Shown here one piece after another: positions 27,098 to 37,300 of a stretch of 64,000 nucleotides of DNA. How positions within the stretch are numbered: position 1 is the stretch's first letter; every line of letters starts with the position of its first letter. The position numbers and the translations under genes are program-made. Below the pieces are notes generated by a model. It was not told the origin of the DNA. It saw only the letters and a program-made list of their open reading frames with translations, and ran no database searches. Origin of the DNA: Paraphysomonas bandaiensis (taxonomy: Eukaryota; Protista; Chrysophyceae); contig CBFFRP010000133.1 of the NCBI GenBank assembly GCA_965644295.1, positions 1 through 64,000 on the forward strand, given 5' to 3'.

Positions 27098-28663
27098 TCA
27101 CCTACCAATGAGGTCAATAAATGCCTTCACAATTTTGTTTGTGTGCTGAATGTGCTCTGCATACTCCAGTAAGCGCAGTTCCCCCATGCACATACTTTGG
27201 CACATATTCGCAATTGAAATGAGCCCAATGTCAATTGCTGTTATATCCGTATGCGTGAAAACCAATTGTTGGAAAATAGACGACCACAGAATTTGCAGAT
27301 CCAAACCGTTACGAATAGCAACTGTTAACTCATGGTAAAGGCTAAAGCGAGCCATTATTATACACAGTATAAACGACATGGCATCGTCTATTGGCATGAC
27401 CCTCACCTTCTTCTCGATACCCGCTGCTTGGTCAGTCAAACGAGACCAGACATAAGGAGATGCGGTTTCGATTGAACCATGGTACGCACACAATTCGCCC
27501 GCTGCCACAACACTCTGTAAATCTATAACCTTGCCACGGCCAGCGCTATCAATAATGAAATTAGGGAGGCGTATATCTCGATGAACCATATTTTGTGCAT
27601 GCAATTGTGAGACTAGAAGCCAACATGAGTTCAAGAATTCTTTTGTTCCCCAATCCGCCTCTGTTGGACGTGAACCGATCATATTTGACAACATCACCTC
27701 CCCATCATTCAGGGATATAAAACGGTAGTTTTCTGCGCCATAAAGTTCAACAAAATGTACACACTCTTCTGCACAACTGTTTAGAGATACTTTTGCAATC
27801 CATTTATCATTCCTGTCATCATCACTCTCTTCCGGTATGTATAGATTAAATATAGATCTTGATTCACGAAACACCAACGAGCATCCACCGTGCCATACAG
27901 GGACAAGTGGCTCAAATATGGACCAAAGTTCATTGTTGTGTATTGCCTCCATATTTAACCCAAGGTACTGCGGGGGGGTCATGAGAAGTCGCGTGAGTGC
28001 ATGTGCAACTTCAGCCAAATCTGCTAATTCAGTACAAAGAATGTTCCGCTCGTGACTAAGACGATAAAAAGTACCACCTTGTGAATGAATGGTGCAAACC
28101 ACAACTGCTGAACGTAATGATCGCGGTGATCGCCTTAGTAGAGATCTTCCATAGTGAATTGCTTGTCTTCTATTCGGCATTATTTTCTTATCAGACTTTA
28201 ACATTTTCATATCAATGACATGTGCTATAGACCATGGCATTATACTCTCATGTTCCGTATATCTAATAAAATCAGGAGATAAACCATCAAATACAAATTC
28301 ATGTAATTGTTTGGATGGTTTGTTTACATGTCTACCAATCTGATCACATATTGATAAAAATGATTGATATGATGGGTGTTTTTTATGTTTTTGATCTTTT
28401 AAATATATATAAATCTGACGTATAATCTCATCTATATCATCATATGTATCTGCTGCTGTTGATTGATAGCCAATGAGATCATTTAAAGGAACTTGAGTGA
28501 TATTATCTAGAAAGATAGTAAAGTGACTTCCTTTTAGATTGAAATAAGAAGATGAATTTGTATTGATATTATCTGATATGTTATCAGAATCATTACTATG
28601 ATGGGATGTGTTCATAGTATATGTATTGAGAGAGAGTGTGTCAACTGATAGTGTTGAGATCAT
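27098..28663 (-). CDS. Crinkler-type PD-(D/E)xK REase-like domain plus atypical protein kinase
   Basis: SPDF...VIDMK...RQAIHYG (REase motifs with QxxxY), then IAKV, VHRDIRLPNF and IDL kinase motifs; start at 28663 or 28615. Confidence 0.7.
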   Translation of the reverse strand: MISTLSVDTLSLNTYTMNTSHHSNDSDNISDNINTNSSSYFNLKGSHFTIFLDNITQVPLNDLIGYQSTAADTYDDIDEIIRQIYIYLKDQKHKKHPSYQSFLSICDQIGRHVNKPSKQLHEFVFDGLSPDFIRYTEHESIMPWSIAHVIDMKMLKSDKKIMPNRRQAIHYGRSLLRRSPRSLRSAVVVCTIHSQGGTFYRLSHERNILCTELADLAEVAHALTRLLMTPPQYLGLNMEAIHNNELWSIFEPLVPVWHGGCSLVFRESRSIFNLYIPEESDDDRNDKWIAKVSLNSCAEECVHFVELYGAENYRFISLNDGEVMLSNMIGSRPTEADWGTKEFLNSCWLLVSQLHAQNMVHRDIRLPNFIIDSAGRGKVIDLQSVVAAGELCAYHGSIETASPYVWSRLTDQAAGIEKKVRVMPIDDAMSFILCIIMARFSLYHELTVAIRNGLDLQILWSSIFQQLVFTHTDITAIDIGLISIANMCQSMCMGELRLLEYAEHIQHTNKIVKAFIDLIGR

Positions 28664-28683
28664 TGGATTGTATGGTGCATATA

Positions 28684-28719
<36 letters not shown>

Positions 28720-28720
28720 T

Positions 28721-29150
28721 TGTAGCTGACAGACACCAAGAGAATGGGTGACTACCTAAATTGCATAAATACATAAATGCATAAAAAATCTGGGATTATA
28801 GAAATCTATTCAGACCCAGTTTCTGCATATGTTTATGCATATAGGATAGTTTGCACGAGGGGTCCGGAGGGGTCTCCTAAAAAAACATAAATCTGCATAA
28901 ATTCATGAGTTTATGCAGCCTATTTTTTATGCATTTATGTGTTTGTGCAATTTAGGTAGTCACCCAATGTAGACTAGGAATATATGGTTATTATACATAT
29001 AAGAATCATGTATGTATAGACTGGCATGAAGCAACTGCCTATCGCTATATCACGATCCTGAAGGGATGTGCCCAAAGCAATCCCTGAAGGAGAGTGATCG
29101 CAAATCTAAAAACCTAAGGTTTTCCCAAAAGGCAGGGGTTTCATGCCACA
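28721..29150 (-). repeat. 3' LTR (207 bp plus an inserted MITE)
   Basis: Identical to 32853-33059 once the MITE and one AAT are removed. Confidence 0.95.
28746..28965. mobile_element. 220-bp MITE with 3-bp TSD AAT, PIF/Harbinger-like
   Basis: TIR GGGTGACTACCTAAATTGCA...TGCAATTTAGGTAGTCACCC; the empty site GAGAATGTAG is visible in the twin LTR. Confidence 0.93.
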
Positions 29151-29342
29151 CTACCCCTTCCCTCCTTTTTTTTTTGAAAAAACCCTGGCATTTAGCCTAC
29201 GAAAACTACTACTCCTAAAAAAAATCACCACTACTACCCTACATCTCACTCCAAGCATTATTCTGACTTACGAGAACCTTATCATAGGTGTCCACTACAT
29301 GGACAGAGCGGATTTTAACCGTCAAAACTCATAATCCCTAAA

Positions 29343-29990
29343 CTAACTCGACGAGCCCTCCTCCTCAGACTGGGCATCTTCTTCCGTCGAATCAACTGAC
29401 CTGGAGCGCTTCTTTCCCCTCTTGGGTAATAGGGCCCGAACAAGATAGTTAGAGTGGGACCTCAGGTATCTTAGCAATGCCTCTGAACCTCGCACTGTCT
29501 TCCAAGACTCCCAAGTCGGTACACTATAATTAGACCAAAACACCTCAAAGTACAAGTCAAATCGTGACCCTTTAACATCCCCTCGCATGTTCGTTATTTT
29601 CTCCATCACAAACTCGGCCCGTAACGCAATCTGCACCGGGTCTTCCACCCTCGGATCATAACAGAACGGACGTAACTTCGAGATATGATGCTTCGTCGTG
29701 CCTCTGGTCAAAAGACTCTGCACTGTATAAATTCCACCATCTATTGCCACCACCTTCATGGGGCCTTTTAAATATGGTAATAACGTGCTCGGAGGACCCT
29801 TCCTCAACGAGTTATGGCGATATTCCACTAGCACCAAAGCCCCTACCGGATATGAGGATATACCCTCCGGCATATTAGACTCAATATGATGCTGGTCTCG
29901 GATACGCAAATTCTGTTGTGCATACGCCCTAACCTTATCCTGAGCGACAAGTCTGTCTGCCACCCCGTTGACATTCTTTTGACAACTCAC
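29343..29990 (-). pseudogene. Integrase C-terminal remnant with GPY/F motif and chromodomain
   Basis: YLKGPMKVVA, HISKLRPF and FVMEKI...FEVFWSNYSVPTWESW. Confidence 0.8.
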
Positions 29991-30108
29991 ACATCTTTTA
30001 ATAAGTCACTACATGCTGACTCATGTTCTTCCAAATGTTGTTGCTCCTTCGCAACTTTCCCATGGTTCGTTCTACCCCATGGTGACCCACTACACTATTG
30101 TGACAGGT

Positions 30109-32003
30109 CTAAATAACTTTCCAGCAGCGACTAAGGATATGCTCACACTCTGTTCCCTGCTCCACCTCAAGGCACTGCTCGAGTGAAGAACAGATATTTT
30201 CACCGATCTCATCGGATGCGTCCACCCCACAAATTCGACTAAGAGCATCAGCAATCACCTTAAGTTCTCCTGCTAAGTACATCAAACGACTGAAAACACA
30301 TAAACCAGCGTTGCACACGCTTAAGATACCGTGTTCTTGCTTAAGCTGTCGTGATCAGTTCGAACAATGAAACGTCGATCTCTCAACAAGTATTCCCACT
30401 TATTCAAGGCATACAAAAATGGCAAATCCTTCCTGCTCACAGGTATGCCATTTCGCCAAGGTTGACTCGAACGTCTTACTAATCATACCAATCGTGCGCT
30501 CGTGACCCTCCACGATTTGCACCAAATGAGCCCCAATCCCTATTATTGATGCATCAGTATATAGATAGATGGGGAAAACATCATCCATAAAAAATAATAA
30601 GGGACACCCATGAATTCGCTCCTTCCGCTCATCGAATGCTACCGTGGCCTCCTCTGACCAGTCGAGCACTTTCCGATGCGCTTGAGACTTTTTGTATAAT
30701 TTCCCAATATTGCATGCAAAGAAAACTCATTATATACCAGGCCCGCAAGCACTATATTTTGCATTTGCCTCTGGAAATAAGATGGAGCGCACTTTAAACC
30801 CATGGGGAGCCGGAGCCACTCGTACACCCCGTTTTGAGTAATAAAGGCAACCCAGCACGGGATCGTTTACCCCCTGGCACCAATTCTATAGATCATATCT
30901 CTTATATTTGGAATTGGCCAGCTTTCTGAAGTCGTGACCCGATTTAAGTTTTTATAGTCTATTACCCACCGCCCTTTATTATCTGGCTTCGGCACCACAA
31001 AGGGATGACTGTAATGAGTGGCTGTGCTAAGTTGGATTGCTCCTAACTTCTCTAGCTTATCCACCAAATGTTGGAGCTCGCGCTGGCGACTCCTGTCTAA
31101 CCTCCGGGGAGGCAATTTATGTGCCGGTATCAACCACGTGTCAGACGGGTTCCGGACTTCTAACTCAAAAGGCTCCAGCTTGGCTGGTTCCCCTTTACGA
31201 ATCTCTAATCGGAATATCTCCTTGTATTCCCCCAGGACATCCCGGATACGACTCTGTAAACTCGGGGATCCAAATATCTTATCTGGAAGCACTTGCGGAT
31301 CCTTTTCCGCACTTAAATAATCAGAATCAATAGACTCCAATTGATCATCGCGAATCTCCTTCATATTCTCTCGGTCCCTTGCGGACCTGGTTGAGAAGTT
31401 AGTAGGGTCCTCGACCCCCAGAGAGAGCAACTGCTCCTCCACTGGGTATGACCAATCTTCGCCACTATCACTGATTCCTACCTCGAGTGGAGCTAACTCG
31501 CTCTGCACCCCAAGGTCATAATTTTTGCGTAGCGGTAGACGAACGCTGGCTCGTTCCCCCCCACAAGGGTAAGACGCGTGCACGCCCAGGCCAAGAGGCA
31601 CTGCTCCCCCAGACTGATCATCTCTCTCTCTCGCATGAAGGAATGCGCTGTTTCCCACTACGTTGGCTAACCGCCATGCGCTGTCCGCGCTCATAAAAGC
31701 ATTAGGGCAATGTACAACTAAATCTAGTTCTCGTACAGTCTGCATTCCTAATATAATATCAAAATTTAAATCTAATTCCCAAGCAGTTAACCTAGCTTGC
31801 AACCCCGGAGGCTCCTTTGCCTCCGAAAGGATTTTTACATCAAAGGGTACACCCCTCCTACACAATGCAAAAGCAGACTTCAAGCCACCCGCAATATTCT
31901 TAATTACAGGTATTGGAACAGAATCACTCTCTATCAACCACTGTACAACGTCTTTACTAATAAAGTTCGCCGACGCGCCAGTATCAAGCAGAGCCTTGCA
32001 CAT
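30109..32003 (-). pseudogene. Fragmented gypsy pol (protease, partial RT, RNase H)
   Basis: Motifs are spread over four ORF fragments; no YxDD catalytic segment and no integrase core were found. Confidence 0.85.
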
Positions 32004-32091
32004 CCTTTTCCCACCCTGCTCATTTCAACCCATGACAGCCGAGTATAATTCGCAGAACTCACCTTTGGAGTATTTTCCATACGAACCACTC

Positions 32092-32785
32092 TTCGGAAGT
32101 TCTCGGTCGGAGGCCTCTGCCTCCTTCCCTTCCGTTGAACTGGAGGTTATCGGCTCCTCAAGAGCCCCCTCACTCTCATAATCTAAATCACTCCTTGGAA
32201 GTTCTCGGTCGGAGGCCCCTGCCTCCTTCCCTTCCATCACACTGGAGGGTCTCGGCTCCTCAAGAGCCCCCTCACTCTCATAATCTAAATCACTCTTTGG
32301 AAGTTCTCGGTCGGAGGCCCCTGCCTCCTTCCCTTCTATCACACTGGAGGGTCTCGGCTCCTCAAGAGCCCCCTCACTCTCATAATCTAAATCACTCTTT
32401 GGAAGTTCTCGGTCGGAGGCCCCTGCCTCCTTCCCTTCCATCACACTGGAGGTTATCGGCTCCTCAAGAGCCCCCTCACTCTCATAATCTAAATCACTCT
32501 TTGGAAGTTCTCGGTCGGAGGCCCCTGCCTCCTTCCCTTCTATCACACTGGAGGGTCTCGGCTCCTCAAGAGCCCCCTCACTCTCATAATCTAAATCACT
32601 CTTTGGAAGTTCTCGGTCGGAGGCCCCTGCCTCCTTCCCTTCCATCACACTGGAGGGTCTCGGCTCCTCAAGAGCCCCCTCACTCTCATAATCTAAATCA
32701 CTCTTTGGAAGTTCTCGGTCGGAGGCCCCTGCCTCCTTCCCTTCCATCACACTGGAGGGTCTCGGCTCCTCAGGAACCCCCTCAC
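32092..32785. repeat. 105-bp tandem repeat, about 6.5 copies, inside the retrotransposon
   Basis: Encodes a 35-aa unit EGKEAGASDRELPKSDLDYESEGALEEPRPSSVM on the minus strand. Confidence 0.95.
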
Positions 32786-32852
32786 ACTCTTGTTCTAAAA
32801 CGCGTTTTCATTTCCTTGCTCTCCTTGATACCAGTTAAACTAATATCGATAT

Positions 32853-33059
32853 TGTAGCTGACAGACACCAAGAGAATGTAGACTAGGAATATATGGTTAT
32901 TATACATATAAGAATCATGTATGTATAGACTGGCATGAAGCAACTGCCTATCGCTATATCACGATCCTGAAGGGATGTGCCCAAAGCAATCCCTGAAGGA
33001 GAGTGATCGCAAATCTAAAAACCTAAGGTTTTCCCAAAAGGCAGGGGTTTCATGCCACA
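32853..33059 (-). repeat. 5' LTR (207 bp)
   Basis: TGTAGCTGAC...ATGCCACA on the plus strand. Confidence 0.95.
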
Positions 33060-33201
33060 GTATGTATGTATGTATGTATGTATGTATGTATGTATGTATG
33101 TATGTATGTATGTATGTATGTATGTATGTATGTATGTATGTATGTATGTATGTATGTATGTATGTATGTATGTATGTATGTATGTATGTATGTATGTATG
33201 T
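33060..33201. repeat. (TATG)n microsatellite; its other part is at 28691-28720, split off by the LTR element
   Basis: Direct reading of the sequence. Confidence 0.97.
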
Positions 33202-33682
33202 AGAGAAATATGCGGTACTCGGTCTGGTTGTTAACGGACGAATACCCCCGTTGCCTTTTTACACTGTCTACACTACAGGTAGCCAAAAAGCAGGTTTTCG
33301 GCCTGAAACAATTCCGTCTATCCAGCGGAATATGTCGATCCAGCAAAAAAATTCCAGGCTTTTTTGATGCATGTTGTTTTTTGACGACAGGATTTTTTCT
33401 TGTTTTTTTGTACGATTATTGGGAATATTTCAGTTTACATTTTGAAGATTCTAAACCCGAATTTAAATTACGAAATATTATATGTATGTTACTGCATCTG
33501 CAGTCAGAATATTATTTTTCGGAAGTAGATTGAAGCAAATATTCTCTATATTACTGCAATACAAGTACGGCTGGAATACAGATAATTGTTGTCTCAATAT
33601 TAGAGGCATCTTTGAACAAAAATACACAAAGGATGCCGATACTTAAAATAGAACAAACACACACAACTTGCGCTTTGATCAA

Positions 33683-33780
33683 ATGGATCTCATAGATCGT
33701 TATGATCAGCAAATAGGTAATGGTGAAATCTTGAATGAACAACAATGGGAACATTACAAAAGTTTGATAGAAGAGAGGAG

Positions 33781-33834
<54 letters not shown>

Positions 33835-34058
33835 GAGAGAGAGGAAAGAGAGAGAGGAGAGAGGAGAGAGGAGAGAGAGAGAGAGAGGGGAGAGAGGAAA
33901 GAGAGAGAGGAGAGAGAGAGGAGAGAGAGAGAGAGAGGAGAGAGAGAGGAAAGAACGATCCTAGAGATTCAATTAGATCGTTATGATCAGCAAATAGGTA
34001 ATGGTGAAATCTTGAATGAACAACAATGGGAACATTACAAACTTTTGATAGAAGAGAG

Positions 34059-34094
<36 letters not shown>

Positions 34095-34273
34095 GGGAGA
34101 GAGGAAAGAGAGAGAGGAGAGAGGAGAGAGAGAGGGGAGAGAGAGAGAGAGAGGAGAGAGGAAAGAGGAAAGAACGATCCTAGAGATTCAATTAGATCGT
34201 TATGATCAGCAAATAGGTAATGGTGAAATCTTGAATGAACAACAATGGGAACATTACAAACTTTTGATAGAAG

Positions 34274-34315
<42 letters not shown>

Positions 34316-36125
34316 AGAGAGGAAAGAGAGAGAGGAGAGAGGAGAGAGAGAGGGGAGAGAGAGAGAGAGAGGAGAGAGGAAAGAGGAAAGAACGATCCTA
34401 GAGATTCAATTAGATCGTTATGATCAGCAAATAGGTGATGGTGAAATCTTGAATGAACAACAATGGGAACATTACAAACTTTTGATAGAAGAGAGGAGAG
34501 AGAGAGAGGAGAGAGAGAGAGAGAGGGGAGAGAGGAAAGAGAGAGAGGAGAGAGGAGAGAGAGAGGGGAGAGAGAGAGAGAGAGGAGAGAGGAATGAGGA
34601 AAGAACGATCCTAGAGATTCAATTAGAGCTTGAGAGAATTAGGCTGGGTGCTAAAAATTTACGAGGTGAGTGCCATTGCAAAATGGAAAATGTCAATAAC
34701 ATATATGTAGCTGAAAACGCCCGCTTACGGCGCCAACTTGATTCTACAACCGCTCTTAGTGTTATGTTGCTTGGAGATCCTACAACAGCACTAGCAGACT
34801 ACTTCGATAGTGCTAGTGTTATGAGTGTGTCTGAGTTAATTCCTGCTCCAGGAGAGGAACTCAATTGGAATGGCGAGTGGGAATCGTATCGTGTCCCCAA
34901 TCCATCCATAATGGAGAAAGATGAAACGATCGACAATGCTTTGATTAAAGGTATACAATCGATATGGAACGAGTATTTTATTAAGCACGAAATTGGACAT
35001 TGGACTTTTACAGACACTCACAACGGATGGCAGAAATTCACAGTAGACTGTGTTATGCATCTGAAGGACACTCCCTTATGTGAAATGGGAATAGGGCTTG
35101 TGATTGAACTGGTTGGGCAAAACGAAGAGGGGTGGCCAAGCAAAGCTCACAAAGCTAAATTCGTTCTGGACCTGATTCGCCTGTACAATAGGGTGCGTCG
35201 ACCTGTGCGCGGCGTTGTTTTAGATCTTGGCCGTGCAGTCTGTTTTCGCCTCAGTGGTATGGAGGAAGGTGGAATTCCAAACTTATCAAAGACACCGGTG
35301 CAAAGCGGCGGAGATGTCCGCACCTTAATGACGCGCATTGTATCTTCAAAGCCACGTGACCTGGGGGTGGAAAGCGTTGCATTCAATTTTAGCGATGATG
35401 GCAGGCTCGTGTATTCAAAGCGCATCCTTGGCAGAGGGGTGCAAGGAGTCGTGTATCAGGCAGATGGGGAGGACGGGGACATTTTTATCAAACAAGTGCA
35501 TGCTCAGGAGCATTATGACACTGAAACTTCCGTGCTGGAATGTCTGAGTCAAATTAAAGGAGTGCCCCAATTGCTTAGACGTGACGACACAAAGTTTGCA
35601 TTCGCAGCCACACCTGTTGGGCGCCGCATAACTCTCTTCCGACAAAATCTCCAAATTCCAAAGTTTGCAGCATTTTTGACAGAAACCTTAAAATGTGCGC
35701 ATGCAAAGGGGGTTGTGCATCGCGATGTCCGCCCGTCCAATTTGGCTGTTGCCAAGGACAATCACCCCGTCCTCCTGGACTTTGGATGCGCGTGTCGTGC
35801 TGGAGAAGCAATTGCTTATTCTGGTACTGTACATTATGCTGCAGAGGGCGTGTTGATACAATTGCGAAACCGTATACGTGTTATGGAATATCATCCCTGG
35901 TTTGACTTAGAATCGCTGGTGTATTCGATGTGGGACCTGAAGCATGAACTATTGTTGGATGTGGCTCTATTTGATAAGAATGATGCTGTCTATGACCGTG
36001 TGTGTGATTGGTGGATTTCCGAAAGGAAAGAAAACGAAAAGTTGCGCCAGCTTGTTAGTATGGCACGAGCATCTGATTATGACAGATTAGCGGATCAATA
36101 TACATGGGCGATGCTTTTGACCTAA
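33683..36125 (+). CDS. Crinkler-type protein: N-terminal repeats with (RE)n tracts, degenerate REase-like domain and protein kinase; two apparent frameshifts
   Basis: LGRGVQGVVY, IFIK, VHRDVRPSN, LLDFG, GTVHYAA and DLESLVYS kinase motifs; TVDCVM...LVIEL REase-like segment; 45-nt in-frame intron at 34666-34710. Confidence 0.75.
33692..34627 (+). repeat. Four compound units of a unique block of about 100 bp plus a variable (GA)n tract
   Basis: tagatcgttatgatcagcaaataggtaatggtgaaatc...ttgatagaa repeated four times, each followed by a GA-rich tract. Confidence 0.95.
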
Positions 36126-36539
36126 GAACCCACCCCCTTTTGTGAGCATTATAATATTCTCCCTTGTTTAATTTATATATTGATTGCACCCCCGACACTT
36201 ATTAGTTACCCAGCCCATCATTGCACTTGTTGAATGCTGTGCGTAACTAAGTAGTAATAAGTACATGATTCGAAAACGCCAAAATATAATGCGGTCGCTA
36301 CAGCAGGCAGTCTAGCTAAACTAAATTTTCATATGATCATTCAGCCCGTTGAGCCGATTATACTAGTCGTAGCACGTAGCAGTCAGCCACCATGCATAAT
36401 ACCATCAACCATCAACACTTTCTATCATTTTATGATATCGTGTCGTTCAGATCCTCCTCTCTTCCACTGGCCTGCTTTTCGTTCTTCTGCTGTCTCTGTG
36501 GAGCGATAGTAAACTGGTATACGTAGTAGTCTGCGATTG

Positions 36540-36870
36540 GCACGTACTCGTTAAGTTCCCCATTCTGAGCGCGTACTTAGGTAGAGCCGGGTGGGGGCCG
36601 GGTGGGTACCTAACTAATACTTGATTTAAGTCCCACACGTTATTAGCTAGCCACCTACTGAACCCAACTAGCTACATCATTATCACACGGTATTCAGCGC
36701 TGAATATGCAGTGAGACCCGAGTGGGGAACTGCTGAACTGAGCAACAATGTGTACATAGGTAGAAGTGCGCGGTCGCAGCACTCAGCAGCACCCACTAGG
36801 GGGCCGCACGCAGTGATTAGTTACGCTGTCAGTATGGGGCAGTCATGACCGCTTGCCGAAATTGACTGCA
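36540..36870. ncRNA. Candidate structured non-coding RNA, family unknown
   Basis: GC-rich island between convergent genes with several stems identified by eye; no credible ORF. Confidence 0.3.
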
Positions 36871-37300
36871 TCATATAACCTACATCGCATAGTCCTATCA
36901 TACTGTTCCAACTGCTCACAACACAACAGAGCGTAAATTTCTTCTGTACTGTATAGTATAATATACAGCAACTAATTATATTGTATTTCTCTAATTAAAG
37001 TTGACAGCGATAAAATCTTGACACTAGGATGTAGTCAACTAAGATATAACTAATTTTGTCAGAACATCAAATCTAAGAAACTATAGTTACATAAATTGGT
37101 AAAAATACTGTTATTCTCTGAAAGCTAATATAATAATAGGAACTATCACACCTTCAGAGTGACGGTGAAAAGCATAAGCATGTAGAGGGAATACCGGGTA
37201 GTTTCGACCATCATTATAAATTAAATTTGTGCACTAATACAACCTCAGCACACGCGGATAGGTTAAGCGCAAAATAATGGAATAACTACCAACATACATA

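Larger units (their letters stand above)
28721..33059 (-). mobile_element. Non-autonomous Ty3/gypsy chromovirus-like LTR retrotransposon
   Basis: TG...CA LTRs at 28721-29150 and 32853-33059; GTAT flanks on both sides; PPT from 29151; protease LLDTGAS, RT YKNLN and LPMGL, RNase H YTDAS and ADALSR, GPY/F motif and chromodomain, all broken by stops and deletions. Confidence 0.95.

Noticed and set aside
28664-28774. N-terminal 37 aa of the 558-aa kinase ORF
   Set aside because: Reads through MITE, LTR and microsatellite sequence; the real start is more likely 28663 or 28615
32092-32785. CRISPR-like array
   Set aside because: Contiguous 105-bp tandem units with no unique spacers, inside a retrotransposon in a eukaryote, and no cas genes
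33692-34627. Repeat-spacer array
   Set aside because: The apparent spacers are low-complexity GA tracts and the units are protein coding
36540-36870. Assignment as RNase MRP/P, U3, telomerase RNA or group I intron
   Set aside because: Only partial resemblance (AGTTCCCC/GGGGAACT pairing, isolated CTGA); required conserved boxes and a telomeric template were not found
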